Assembly (NCBI GenBank): GCA_963826115.1
Contig: CAWGVS010000006.1
Location: forward strand, 704,001 to 768,000
From: an uncultured Candidatus Rokubacteria bacterium
Lineage (GTDB): Bacteria; Methylomirabilota; Methylomirabilia; Rokubacteriales; DASRDR01
Direction: 5' to 3'
Length of the DNA: 64,000 bases
Shown piece after piece: positions 10,931-21,025 of the stretch (the first letter of the stretch is position 1; each line of letters begins with the position of its first letter). A program made the translations under genes and the position numbers. The notes beneath the pieces were generated by a model. That model was given only the letters and a program-made list of their open reading frames with translations. It ran no database searches and was not told where the DNA came from.

Positions 10931-12088
10931 GTGGCGATCGACGATGGGCTCCGCCGCTTCGGCGCCGTGCCATCGGTCGCCGAGCTTCGGCCGACCCGCA
11001 TCCTCCTCCACCTCCCCAACCCGCTCGGCGACGCGGTCATGGCCGAGCCCGCGGCGCGCGCCATCGCCGCCCGCTTCCCGGAGGCCCAGGTTGGGGTCCT
11101 CGTCTCGGCGCCCATCGCCGCGCTCGCGGAGACCTGGTCGTTCGTGGACGAGATCTGGACGGTCGCCACCGGCGGGCGAGCTCGCGAGCGCCTCGACGCG
11201 CTCCGGCTCGGCTGGCGGCTCCGGGGCCGGCGCTACGACCTGGCCGTCCTGTTCCCGAACTCCCTGCGCGCGGCGCGGCTTGCGATCGGGAGTCGCGCGG
11301 CCCGCGTTCTCGGCTATTCCGGCCACGATCGCGAACACCTGCTCACCGACCGGATCCCGGCCCCGGTCGCTCCGTTCGAGACCCACATGGTGGTGTTCTA
11401 CTGGGGTCTCGCGGCGGCGCTCGGCTGTGGCCCAGTCCCCCGGAAGACCGAGCTCGACGCGGCCGGCCCGGGGGAGACGCGGACGATCCTGGCCGGGGAT
11501 CCCCGGTCGGCGCCCCGAATCCGTCCGACGCCGGCGATGCATGCCGCCGCCCGCGACCTGCTCGGCCGCAGGGGGATCCGCGACGCGCCGTTCATCGCGA
11601 TCGCGCCGGGTGCGGCCTTCGTGGGCGCCCGGTGCTGGCCGGCCGAGCGCTACGGCGAGCTCTGTCGCCGGCTCGCGGGAGAGCTCGGCTGGCCGTGCGT
11701 GCTGCTCGGACGGCGTGACGAGCGAGTCCTGGGCGCCGCGGTTCACGCGGCGGCCGGCACCGCCAGCACGGTCGACCTGACGGGACACGCCGACGTGGGG
11801 ATGCTGCTCGGGATCCTGGCCCGCGCGAGCCTGTTCGTGGGGAACGATTCCGGGGCGGCCCACGTGGCCGCGGCGCTGGGGCTCCCCGGGGTGGCCATCT
11901 TCGGATCGACGAGCGACCGGCGCACCGGCCCCGTCGGCTGCGGGATTCGTGTCGTCCAGCGGCAGGTCCCGTGTGCGCCGTGCTTCCAGGCGTCGTGCCC
12001 GCTGGGGCATCTGGACTGCCTGCGAGGACTGCCCGTCGACCCGGTGGCCGAGGCGGCCCACCGGGCGCTCCGGGACCGGCTCGCATGA
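10931..12088 (+). CDS. waaF: Lipopolysaccharide heptosyltransferase II (GT9)
   Basis: PNPLGDAVMA, YDLAVLFPNSLRAA, APGAAF..ARCWP, GNDSGAAHVAAALG, CAPCFQASCPLGHLDCL; start codon approximate. Confidence 0.85.
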   Translation: MAIDDGLRRFGAVPSVAELRPTRILLHLPNPLGDAVMAEPAARAIAARFPEAQVGVLVSAPIAALAETWSFVDEIWTVATGGRARERLDALRLGWRLRGRRYDLAVLFPNSLRAARLAIGSRAARVLGYSGHDREHLLTDRIPAPVAPFETHMVVFYWGLAAALGCGPVPRKTELDAAGPGETRTILAGDPRSAPRIRPTPAMHAAARDLLGRRGIRDAPFIAIAPGAAFVGARCWPAERYGELCRRLAGELGWPCVLLGRRDERVLGAAVHAAAGTASTVDLTGHADVGMLLGILARASLFVGNDSGAAHVAAALGLPGVAIFGSTSDRRTGPVGCGIRVVQRQVPCAPCFQASCPLGHLDCLRGLPVDPVAEAAHRALRDRLA

Positions 12089-13398
12089 TGAGCACGGAGA
12101 AGACGCCGCACATCTGGGCGCATGGCGAGACTATCGCGGAGTTCACGCGGGCGTGGCCGCTCCTGACGGCGCTGTGCGAGCGGTACACGCGGTACCGGCT
12201 GCTCCTGACGGCGCGGGACGCCGACACACGCCGCCGCCTCCGGGCAGAGTTCCCCGACGCGACGGTTGAGCCGCCCCCACCCGCCGTCGACCGGCAGGTA
12301 CGGCAGGCGGTGGCGCGGCTCCGACCGCATGCGCTGCTGCTCCTCGAGCATCCCCACGATCTCGGACGCGCGGTCTTCGACCGGGCACGCTGGTGGCGGT
12401 TCCCGATCGTCCTGCTCGAGCCGGGGGACGCCGCGCTGTCCATGGCCAAGGCGGACGTGCTCGCCGTGATCGACCATTTCATCGTCCAGGACGACCGCGC
12501 GGGGGAGGCCCTCCACGCTCGTGGTATCGCGCCGGATCGCATCACCATGACGGGCACGGTCGCGCAGCCTCGCTCGTGGCCGCGCGGCGACGTCGGTGCC
12601 GATCCGGGGACGCCGCCCACGCTGGCCGCACTGGTCTCGGCCCTCGGCCGCGACTGGGCGGCGCTCGGAACGCCGGGGCCGCGCGGCCCGGCCGGCTGGG
12701 GATCGCGTCTCGCCGAGAGCTGGCCCGGCCGGCTCGCGCTCGGTTTCGGGGCGCACCGGATCGACTCGCTCGCGGCGCTCCGCCGCACGCTCGGAACGTG
12801 CGACACGATCCTGTGTCTCGGGAACGGGCCCTCCTCCGAGGAGCCTCAGGTCCGTGACGTCCGGTTCGACGTGCTCTTCCGTGTGAACTGTCGGTGGAGG
12901 GATCGCGGGGGCCCGGACCGGCCGCAGGTCGTCTTCACCGGGGATTCGAGCTGCCTGCGGGCGGTCCCGGATGCGATTTTGGCGTTCCGCACCGTCGAGG
13001 AGGAGCGACGACTGCTCGCGCGCCGTCTTCTCGGCGGTGCGTGGCGGCCGCTCTCCTACGTGACCGTGGAGCGTCTTCCCGTCTCCATGGTCGAGCGACG
13101 TTGGCCCGCACGCCCGACGAACGGGGCCGCCATGGTGGCGACGGCGGCCGCGCTGACGCCCCGGCGCCTCGTCATCGCCGGCATCGACCTCTTTCAGCAT
13201 CCGGACGGGGCGTACCCCGGGGACGTCCTGACTCCGAACGACTACCTGTTGATGCACGACCGCGCCACGGAGCTGGCGATCATCGATCTCGCACTGCGGC
13301 GGTTCACTGGGGAGGTGGTCCTTCTGTCAGAACCGCTACGCCACGCGCTCGAGGCCCGACGCGCCGCATCGCCGGTCGGAGCGGGGGCCCCGTCGTGA
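12085..13398 (+). CDS. Chimeric glycosyltransferase-like protein: WaaA-N-terminal-like domain plus GNGPS (GT29/GT42/WaaZ/DUF115-like) domain
   Basis: N-terminal IWAHGETIAEF..LLLTA..RLRPHALLLLE..ITMTG; C-terminal ILCLGNGPSS, LFRVN, PTNGAAM, LVIAGIDLF. Confidence 0.6.
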   Translation: MMSTEKTPHIWAHGETIAEFTRAWPLLTALCERYTRYRLLLTARDADTRRRLRAEFPDATVEPPPPAVDRQVRQAVARLRPHALLLLEHPHDLGRAVFDRARWWRFPIVLLEPGDAALSMAKADVLAVIDHFIVQDDRAGEALHARGIAPDRITMTGTVAQPRSWPRGDVGADPGTPPTLAALVSALGRDWAALGTPGPRGPAGWGSRLAESWPGRLALGFGAHRIDSLAALRRTLGTCDTILCLGNGPSSEEPQVRDVRFDVLFRVNCRWRDRGGPDRPQVVFTGDSSCLRAVPDAILAFRTVEEERRLLARRLLGGAWRPLSYVTVERLPVSMVERRWPARPTNGAAMVATAAALTPRRLVIAGIDLFQHPDGAYPGDVLTPNDYLLMHDRATELAIIDLALRRFTGEVVLLSEPLRHALEARRAASPVGAGAPS

Positions 13399-14456
13399 TG
13401 TCCCTCTCCGCGGCGAGTGTCCGGCGGGTCCTCGTCGTCAAGCTGTCGTCGATGGGCGACATCGTCCACGTCACGCCGTGTCTTCGGGCCCTGCGCCGCG
13501 CCTACCCGGCGGCGAGCATCGCGATGGCGGTCGAGCGGCGCTTCGCTCCGCTCGTGCGGCACAGCCCACACCTCGACGAGATCATCGAGGTCGACGGCGG
13601 CAGGGGGAGGTTGGCCGCGTGGCTGGAGCCGTGGCGGTATCTTGCCGGGCGTCGTCGACCCCGGTTCGATCTCGCGATCGACTTCCAGGGGACGCACCGG
13701 AGCGCCGCCTGGATCTACGCGAGCGGGGCCCGGGTGCGCGCCGGCCGGCGCCGAGGCGCCGGACGAGAATGGCGACCGGGCTGGCACCGGGTCGTCTCGC
13801 CGGCGTCGGGCCGCCACGCCGTGCGCGTCTGCGCCGACGTGGCCGCGAGCGTCGGGGTCTCCGTCGTGGATTTGGATCCCGAGCTCCGCGTGCCGCGCGA
13901 TGCGGAGGCGCGGCTCGACGCGAGGCTCGCGGCGGCGGGCCTGCCGGCCTCCGGATTCGTTCTGGTCAACCCGTTCACGCGCTGGCCGTCGAAGTCCTGG
14001 CCGATGGACCTCTACCGAGTGCTGCTGGCCCGGCTGGCCGAGGTCGTTCGCGCGCCGATCGTCCTCCACGCCGGTCCTGGTGAGGAAGCGGGGCTCGAGG
14101 CCCTGGCGGACGGCGTCGGTCCGCGCGGTCGTGCCGCGGCGATCGTCCCCGCGCCCCCGCTCGACGAGGCGCTCGCGCTCTTCCGCCGGGCCCGGCTCAT
14201 GGTGACCGGGGACACGGGGCCGATGCACTGCGCGGCCGCCCTGGGCACTCCCGTCGTGGCGCTGTTCGGGCCGACCTGGCCGGAGTGTACGGGGCCATGG
14301 GGGGGCGGCCATCGCATCGTCCAGGCGTCACGGCCCGCGACACCCGACACCTACCGCACCGACGCCGCTCGCGCCCACATCCGCGCCATCGACGTCCCGA
14401 CCGTCTACCGCCAGATCGTCGAAGCCCTGCAGGAGCCGGGGGGGCGGCCGCGCTGA
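13398..14456 (+). CDS. Glycosyltransferase family 9 (heptosyltransferase I/WaaC-like)
   Basis: LVVKLSSMGDIVH, FDLAIDFQG, PSKSWP, TGDTGPMHCAAALGTPVVALFGPT. Confidence 0.88.
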   Translation: MSLSAASVRRVLVVKLSSMGDIVHVTPCLRALRRAYPAASIAMAVERRFAPLVRHSPHLDEIIEVDGGRGRLAAWLEPWRYLAGRRRPRFDLAIDFQGTHRSAAWIYASGARVRAGRRRGAGREWRPGWHRVVSPASGRHAVRVCADVAASVGVSVVDLDPELRVPRDAEARLDARLAAAGLPASGFVLVNPFTRWPSKSWPMDLYRVLLARLAEVVRAPIVLHAGPGEEAGLEALADGVGPRGRAAAIVPAPPLDEALALFRRARLMVTGDTGPMHCAAALGTPVVALFGPTWPECTGPWGGGHRIVQASRPATPDTYRTDAARAHIRAIDVPTVYRQIVEALQEPGGRPR

Positions 14457-14458
14457 CG

Positions 14459-15655
14459 ATGGAAGCGACCGGAAAGATGCACGACCGCATGGACCAGCTC
14501 GCGTCTGCTCACGGCCCTGCCGCGCCGGCTCGCCGGGAGGGGCCAGCGGGAGGTCCGCTGGGCGTCCTCCATGTCATCACCACCCTGGACGTGGGGGGCG
14601 CCGAGCGGATGCTGGTGTCGCTGGTCACGCGGAGTCCGCGGACGCGGTTCGACCACCACGTCGTGAGCCTCGTCCCGGGCGGCTACTACGTCCCGACGCT
14701 GCGCGCCGCCGGCATCCGGGTGACGGAGATTCCGTTGGGCCCTCGTCCGCCTCGGCCGCTCGCCATTCTCACGCTGGCCAGGCTCATCCGGCGCACGCGC
14801 CCCCGCATCGTCCAGGGCTGGCTCTACCACGGCGACCTGGCTGCGACCCTCGGCCTCGCCCTGTCGGGGCGCCGGGGAACGACGCGGCTCGCCTGGGGCA
14901 TCCAGTGCTCGAACCTGAACATCCGCCTGTATCGCCCCCAGCTCGCCCTGGCCATCCGGGCCTGCGCCGCGCTGTCGAAGCTGCCCGACGTGGTGGTGAG
15001 CAACTCGGATGCGGGGCTCGCAAGGCACCGCGCGCTCGGGTACCGTCCGGCGCGCACCTGCGTCATCCATCCCGGGATCGACACCGAGCGGTTTCGGCCG
15101 CGCCCCGCGGCAGGTCGCACGGTGCGCCAGGAGCTCGGCATCTCGCCCAACGCGCCGATCCTGGCGCACGTCGCTCGCCGCGATCCGATGAAGGACCACG
15201 CGTGCCTGCTCGCCACGCTGGACTGCCTGCCGGCCGTCCACGCGCTCGCCATCGGCGCGGGGACCGAGACGTTGCCCGACCGGCCCGGGCTCCACCGGCT
15301 CGGACGACGAGCCGACGTCGAGCGGCTCCTCGTTGCGTGCGACGTGTCGGTCTCGAGCTCGGCCTTCGGCGAGGGCTTCTCGAACAGCATCGCCGAGAGC
15401 ATGGCGACCGGCGTGCCCGTCGTGACGACCGACGTCGGCGACGCCCGGGTCGTCGTCGGCGACGCGGGCCATGTCGTCCCGGTCCGGGCGCCCGACCACC
15501 TCGCCGCCGCCGTCCAGCAGCTTCTCGACGAGCCCCCACCGGCGCACCGGGCCCGTGGCGATCGCGCCCGCGCCCGCATCGTCGCCCAGTTCGACCTTCG
15601 CCGGATGGTCGATCGGTACACGGACCTCTACACCACGCTGGCCGGGGGCGATTGA
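14459..15655 (+). CDS. Glycosyltransferase family 4 (WbnK-like)
   Basis: HVITTLDVGGAERML, QGWLYHGDL, RRDPMKDH, SSAFGEGFSNSIAESMATGVP..TDVGD. Confidence 0.9.
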   Translation: MEATGKMHDRMDQLASAHGPAAPARREGPAGGPLGVLHVITTLDVGGAERMLVSLVTRSPRTRFDHHVVSLVPGGYYVPTLRAAGIRVTEIPLGPRPPRPLAILTLARLIRRTRPRIVQGWLYHGDLAATLGLALSGRRGTTRLAWGIQCSNLNIRLYRPQLALAIRACAALSKLPDVVVSNSDAGLARHRALGYRPARTCVIHPGIDTERFRPRPAAGRTVRQELGISPNAPILAHVARRDPMKDHACLLATLDCLPAVHALAIGAGTETLPDRPGLHRLGRRADVERLLVACDVSVSSSAFGEGFSNSIAESMATGVPVVTTDVGDARVVVGDAGHVVPVRAPDHLAAAVQQLLDEPPPAHRARGDRARARIVAQFDLRRMVDRYTDLYTTLAGGD

Positions 15656-15754
15656 TCGGCGGTGCGGGTCAGCGTCGGCACGCGTGTCGAGCGACTTGCG
15701 TCTGCCGCCCGGGCGACGCTCGAGCGCGTCCTGCGCGCCGCGGCCGATCAGGTG

Positions 15755-16606
15755 TCAGACTCGCCAGCGTCTCCACGACCGGACCAGCGGCGTCCGGGTC
15801 AGAAGCGGGCGCAGGCGGTCGGCCAGGCGCTCGCGCGCGCCCCGGGCGTCCGCCGGCAGGGCGTGCCCCCACTTCCGCTCGAAATGGGCCAGGGCCTCGC
15901 GCCTCTGCGCGAGATCCGTCGCGGTGCTGACCGGCGCCCCCGGGCCCGTGCGCGTCCCGCCGCCCCGGTGCACGAAGCGGCTTCGAACCACGGCGCAGCG
16001 CCGCCCGGTCGCGCGAACGGCGAGCGAGAGGTCGCGGTCGTAGCCGTGGAGGAATCCGTAGCTTTCGTCGAAGCCGCCGATCTCGGCGAGCACCGCCCGC
16101 GGGACGAAGAGGCACACGCCATCGACGACCGCCACCTCCACGACCGGCGCACGCATCGCCGGCCCCTCCGCGAGGCAATGGACGATGCTGCGGCCCAGAT
16201 ACGTGCCGTCGCGGCGCACGTAGCGGGCGCCGTACAGGCCGGCCAGCCCGATCTTCCGTCCGGGGCCCACGGCTGCCGCGAGCTTCCCGAGCCAGTGCGG
16301 ATCCAGCATCTCGGTGTCGTTGTGCAGGAAGCAGAGGTGATCGCCCCGCGCCAGCGCGGCGCCCTGGTTGAGACCGCGGATCAGCCCGACGTTCTCGGGG
16401 TTCCGCTGGTAGCGGAGCGTTGGCACTCCGGACCACTGTCGGAAGTACGACGGGGTCTCGTCGGAGGACCCGTTGTCCACGACGCAGAGCTCGAAGGGGC
16501 GCACGGTCTGGCGCAGGCTCTCCAGGCACGCGCGCGTGAGGTCGAGCCGGTTGTGGACGATCATCACGACGCTGATGAGTGCGTCCGACGTCGCCGCGGG
16601 CGTCAC
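15755..16606 (-). CDS. Glycosyltransferase family 2
   Basis: SVVMIVHNRL, VVDNGSSD, FLHND, VDGVCL, GGFDESYGFLHGYDRD; GTG start inferred. Confidence 0.85.
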   Translation of the reverse strand: MTPAATSDALISVVMIVHNRLDLTRACLESLRQTVRPFELCVVDNGSSDETPSYFRQWSGVPTLRYQRNPENVGLIRGLNQGAALARGDHLCFLHNDTEMLDPHWLGKLAAAVGPGRKIGLAGLYGARYVRRDGTYLGRSIVHCLAEGPAMRAPVVEVAVVDGVCLFVPRAVLAEIGGFDESYGFLHGYDRDLSLAVRATGRRCAVVRSRFVHRGGGTRTGPGAPVSTATDLAQRREALAHFERKWGHALPADARGARERLADRLRPLLTRTPLVRSWRRWRV

Positions 16607-16734
16607 GGGCGGGCCTGGGTCAGGGGAAAGCAGAAGCGAAGCGCGGACATGACAGACGGGACTCCCGGGCCACGAGGATGACCGGGATTGCGGCGTCTTG
16701 GCTGCCGAGGCTCCGCTGGGCACAGCGGACGGGG

Positions 16735-17562
16735 ATGAACCGTCACGCCGACGATCTCCTCCGCGTCGAGTTCGACGAGGCTCTCGGGCCCTCGATCGCC
16801 CGGCTTCTGGACCTCCTCGGCGACTTGCGCTCTGCCGCGCGGACCTCGGGGAGCTCGGACGCAGGGATGCAAGCCACATTCGCCGCGAGAGGCTTTCGCC
16901 TGCACCCGACGTGGCCGCAGACCACCGTCTTCTACGACTCCGCGTCGGACTGCTTCTTCAAGACGCTGAATCGCCGTCCCCGAACGCTCCGGGGGCGGGC
17001 CCACGCGCTGATCACCGATCGAGCCCGGCAGATTCATGCCCTTTCGAGATGGCTGGCCGACCGGGGCGTCCCGATCCCGAGGGTGCGCGCCTTCGGCACC
17101 ATCCGAGAGGGTCGCCGGCCCGTGTATGCCATCGCGCGGGCCGACGGTCGGTCCCTCTACGATCTGCTGGTCCGCGAACGGGGGGCCATCCCTCCGCCGC
17201 TGGCCCGGAAGGTCGTCGATGCCGTGGCCGGACTGCACGGCCTCGGGTACTGGCTGGGCGACGCCCACCTCTCCCACGTGTTCGTCCATCAGGGGGAAGT
17301 CAGCGGCTTCATCGACATCGACAGTATCAGACCGAACCGGCCTCCTTCTCTGGCCAACCTGGCCCGGGATCTCGGGCGGCTGCATCATCCCGCGCTTCCC
17401 CTCCAGCGTGGCGACGGGGACTCGTTGCTTCAGCACTATGCGGCACGGACGAGCCTGCAAGACGTGAAGGCTTTCGAGCGGCTGGTCGAAGGCTACTCGT
17501 CGAGGCGATGGAGGTCGGTCGAGCCCGATCCCGATCCCGATGCCGACGCGTCCGGCCGCTGA
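16735..17562 (+). CDS. LPS core kinase-like protein (Kdo/WaaP/InaA protein-kinase-like fold)
   Basis: FFK, GVPIPRV, LHGLGYWLGDAHLSHVFV, FIDID, DLGRL; located in LPS cluster. Confidence 0.65.
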   Translation: MNRHADDLLRVEFDEALGPSIARLLDLLGDLRSAARTSGSSDAGMQATFAARGFRLHPTWPQTTVFYDSASDCFFKTLNRRPRTLRGRAHALITDRARQIHALSRWLADRGVPIPRVRAFGTIREGRRPVYAIARADGRSLYDLLVRERGAIPPPLARKVVDAVAGLHGLGYWLGDAHLSHVFVHQGEVSGFIDIDSIRPNRPPSLANLARDLGRLHHPALPLQRGDGDSLLQHYAARTSLQDVKAFERLVEGYSSRRWRSVEPDPDPDADASGR

Positions 17563-17605
17563 GCGGTCACGGCTCCGTGAGTCTATCGCGGCGGAGTCGC
17601 GAACC

Positions 17606-17635
17606 TTGACACCGTCCCGGACGCTCGCGCACGAT
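17606..17635 (+). promoter_or_regulatory. Putative sigma70-type promoter TTGACA-N18-CACGAT
   Basis: Consensus -35; same architecture recurs at 20868-20897. Confidence 0.4.
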
Positions 17636-17709
17636 CGGACACGCCGGACTCGCGATGGGTCGAGCCCCACCGATGCGCTCCAGGGCCGAGGTGTCCGGAA
17701 GGAGGATGG

Positions 17710-18495
17710 GTGCCCCGGGTATCGGCCATCGTCATCTGCCTGAACGAAGAGCGGAAGATCGCTCGATGTCTCGTCTCCCTGGCGTGGGTGGACGAGCTCG
17801 TCGTCGTCGACGGCGGCAGCATGGACCGGACGGTGCCCATCGCGCGGACCCACGGCGCCACCGTGCACACGAACCCGTGGCCCGGCTTCGCGGCCCAGAA
17901 GACCTTCGCGCTCGCCCAGGCCACCGGCGACTGGGTCGTCAGCCTCGATGCCGACGAGGAGCTCGAGCCGCGCCTCGTCCAGGAGATCCGGACGGCGCTC
18001 GCCAGCTGCCCGCCGGACGTCGACGGGCTCGTGATGCCCCGCAAGACTCGCTACCTCGGCCGATGGATCACGCACGGCGAGTGGTATCCGGACGACAAGC
18101 TTCGCGTGTTCCGACGGGACCGGGGAGCGTGCACGAGCGACGAGGTGCACGAGCGCTTCACGGTGCCCGGACGGACCATCCGGCTGTCGGGGCACATCCT
18201 GCACTACTCGCACGACGACATCGCGCACCACGTCCGGAAGCTCGACCAGTACGCGGGGCTCGTGGCGGCCACACGGCGTCGAGCGGGCGCCCGGTCCTCG
18301 GTGGGCCGGCTTCTCTCGGATCCGATTCGGCGCGCCGTCCGAGGGTACGTCTGGCGGCGCGGGTTCCTGGACGGCACGCCGGGGCTGATCATCAGCGTGC
18401 TGACCGCCCTCTACGTCTTCCTCATCCACGCGAAGCTGTACGAGCTCGAGCTCTCGCGGGACGGGTGCATCCAGCCGGCGCCGCTCGAGTCGTGA
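17710..18495 (+). CDS. Glycosyltransferase family 2 (WaaE/KdtX-like LPS beta-glucosyltransferase)
   Basis: ICLNEE, VVDGGSMDRT, WPGFAAQK, SLDADE, WYPD, VHE, GFLDG. Confidence 0.9.
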   Translation: MPRVSAIVICLNEERKIARCLVSLAWVDELVVVDGGSMDRTVPIARTHGATVHTNPWPGFAAQKTFALAQATGDWVVSLDADEELEPRLVQEIRTALASCPPDVDGLVMPRKTRYLGRWITHGEWYPDDKLRVFRRDRGACTSDEVHERFTVPGRTIRLSGHILHYSHDDIAHHVRKLDQYAGLVAATRRRAGARSSVGRLLSDPIRRAVRGYVWRRGFLDGTPGLIISVLTALYVFLIHAKLYELELSRDGCIQPAPLES

Positions 18496-19670
18496 GTAGC
18501 GGGCGCGCGACGCCGATCGCCGGGAGGCGCGGGCCCCTGAAGCTCGCGCTCGTGCGCCGTCGCTGGGTGCCCGACGGCGGAGGTGAGCGCTTCACCGCGC
18601 TCCTGGCGGGAGGTCTGGCCGGGGCCGGATGCGCGGTCACGATCGTGTCCGCGCGCTGGGAGGAGCCCACCGGCCCGGTCACGCATCGACGCGTGCCCAC
18701 GGTGGAGGGGAGCGAGCTCCTCTCGCTTCTGTCCTTCACCGTGAACGCGGCCCGGCATCTTCGGCGGGGCGCGTACGACCTCGTACAGAGCCACGCCAAG
18801 CTGCTCTGGCAGGACGTCTATCGGGCCGGCGACGGCTGTCACCGGGAGTGGCTGCGCGTCCGCGCCGCGCACCGGGCGACGCCCGGCGCGCGGCGCGGCG
18901 GCCTGTCGAGCGTCGATCGGCTGCTGCTCTTCCTCGAGCGCGCGTTGCTGACTCGCCGACGCTATCGCCTGATCGTCGCCATCTCGGCGCGCGTTCGCGC
19001 GGATCTCATCCGGCACTACGCCGTGCCGCCCGAGCACATCCGGGTCATCTACAACGGCGTCGACACGCGGCGGTTCCATCCCGCGGACCCTCGGACGCGG
19101 GAAGAGGCCCGCCGTCGGCTCGAGGTGCCGGCCGGGGCGCTCCTCGCGCTGTTCATGGGCACCGGCTTCGAGCGCAAGGGGCTCATCTACCTGTTGCGGG
19201 CGTTGCCGGCCGCCGGCGAGGAGATCTGGCTGGTCGTCGCCGGGCGCGACGCCGAGGCTGACAGCTACCGCGCGCTCGCCCACTCGCTGGGAGTCGAGGG
19301 ACGGGTGAGGTTTCTGGGCGCCGTGACGCAGCCCGAGCCGATCTATGCCGCCGCCGATGTTCTCGTGCTGCCGACGATCTACGAGCCGTTCTCCAACGCC
19401 TGCCTGGAAGCCCTGGCAAGCGGGCTTCCGGTCATCACGACGCGGGCCGCCGGCGTGTCGGAGCTTCTGGCTGACCGGCTGGACTCGCTCACGCTGGCGG
19501 CCGCCGACGATCATGCGAGCCTCGCGGAGCGCCTCCGCCGCCTCCGGGACCCGGCCGAGCGGCGGGTTCTGGGTGCGGACGCGCGGGCCGTGGCCGAGCG
19601 GCGATCCCTCGAGGTCATGACCGACGAGTTCCTCGAGGCCTACCGCTGCCTCGGCCTCGGCCGGGGCTAG
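18492..19670 (+). CDS. Glycosyltransferase family 4 (WabG/WaaG-like LPS core)
   Basis: GGGERF, VQSH..DVYRAGDGCH, GTGFERKGL, PTIYEPFSNACLEALASGLPVIT. Confidence 0.9.
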   Translation: MSSGRATPIAGRRGPLKLALVRRRWVPDGGGERFTALLAGGLAGAGCAVTIVSARWEEPTGPVTHRRVPTVEGSELLSLLSFTVNAARHLRRGAYDLVQSHAKLLWQDVYRAGDGCHREWLRVRAAHRATPGARRGGLSSVDRLLLFLERALLTRRRYRLIVAISARVRADLIRHYAVPPEHIRVIYNGVDTRRFHPADPRTREEARRRLEVPAGALLALFMGTGFERKGLIYLLRALPAAGEEIWLVVAGRDAEADSYRALAHSLGVEGRVRFLGAVTQPEPIYAAADVLVLPTIYEPFSNACLEALASGLPVITTRAAGVSELLADRLDSLTLAAADDHASLAERLRRLRDPAERRVLGADARAVAERRSLEVMTDEFLEAYRCLGLGRG

Positions 19671-19674
19671 GCCG

Positions 19675-20827
19675 ATGCGGATCGGCACGGTGGTGGTGGA
19701 CCTGCTCGACGTCAAGCGGGTGGGCAGCGAGCGCCGGTACGGCGAGCTCCTGCGGCGCCTGGAGCGACGAGGCCACGAGCTCCACCTCTTCGCGCGCCGC
19801 TGGGACGAGGCCGCGGCCCGGAAGATCGCATGCCACCGGGTCCCGGCTCGCGGGCCGGCACCGATCACTCCACTCGTCTTCGCTCTTTCGGCCTTTCTCG
19901 TCACGCGCCGCTGGCGATCCCGCCTGGACCTCGTGCACAGCCACACGCAGAGCCTGGGCGACGACGTCGTGTCGCCGGGTGGCGGGGCCTACCTCGCGTA
20001 CCTTCGCGCGATCGGCCGCGACCCGTGGGGGCGCGCGGGACGGCCGGGCTGGCGTCCGCCGGATCGCGCGCGAGTCTTCATCGAGCGGCGTCAGTTCCGC
20101 TCGGCCCGCCGGGTCGTGACCAACTCCGTGTGGAGCGGCCGGGTGCTCGCCGAAACCTACCCGTTCGCGGCCGGCCGGACACGCTGCGTCTACAACGGCG
20201 TGGACACGGAATACTTCTCGCCTCGCATCCGCGAAGAGCTCCGGGACGGGACCCGCGCCCGCCTGGGCCTCGCGCCCCGGGGAGGTCGCGTTCCTCCTCG
20301 TGGGCACCGGGATTCACCGGAAGGGCGTGCTGGAGCTTCTCGAAGCGTTCGGTGCGCTGGGATCCGTCGCGGCGCGCGTCGTCCTCGTGGGTCGTCGGTC
20401 GGGCGCCGAGGACGCCGCGATCAACGAGACGATCCGCCGGCTTCGGCTGGAGGGCCGGGCGACCTGCCAGGATTTCGCCGCCGACCCGCGGCCCTACTAC
20501 GCGGCCGCCGACGCGTTCGTGCTCCCCACCAAGTGGGATCCGTTCTCCAATGCCACGGCCGAGGCCCTGGCCTGCGGGCTGCCGGTCATCACGACCGCGG
20601 CGAACGGCGTGAGCGAGCTCCTCACCCACGGCCGAGAAGGCTTCGTCGACCCGGACCCGCGCGACATCGGTGCCCTCGGACGCACGCTGGCGCGCATGCT
20701 GGACGCCGATCGCGCGCGGATGGGCCAGGCCGCGCGGGCCCTCGCCGAGACGTTGACGTGGGAGCGACACGTCGACGCCATGCTGACCCTCTACGCCGAG
20801 GTGGTCGAGGAGCGCCGAAGGCGGTGA
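19675..20827 (+). CDS. Glycosyltransferase family 4 (WabG-like paralogue); frameshift near 20281
   Basis: GSERR, VHSH, YNGVD in ORF 19675; GTGIHRKG and PTKWDPFSNATAEALACGLP in ORF 20300..20827. Confidence 0.85.
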
Positions 20828-20867
20828 GCCGCCGGCGCCGGGGATGTGATGCCACCCGGTATCGTCC

Positions 20868-20897
20868 TTGACACCGCCCGTGCCCGCCGCGCACCAT
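20868..20897 (+). promoter_or_regulatory. Putative sigma70-type promoter TTGACA-N18-CACCAT
   Basis: Consensus -35; shares CCTTGACACCG and CGCGCACnATC with 17604-17636. Confidence 0.4.
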
Positions 20898-21025
20898 CCA
20901 GGTCGGGTGGGTCAGTCCGCCTTCGTCCGCTTCGTCGCGCGCATGCCGCGATGGAAATGGGGCTCTGACCGAACGGTGAGACGCGTGGACGCGGGTCCGA
21001 CCCCGATCACCCCGGCGGAGATCCG

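Noticed and set aside
17522-17547. CCCGAT tandem repeats (EPDPDPDAD)
   Set aside because: Three short units encoding a low-complexity C-terminal tail; no sign of phase variation.
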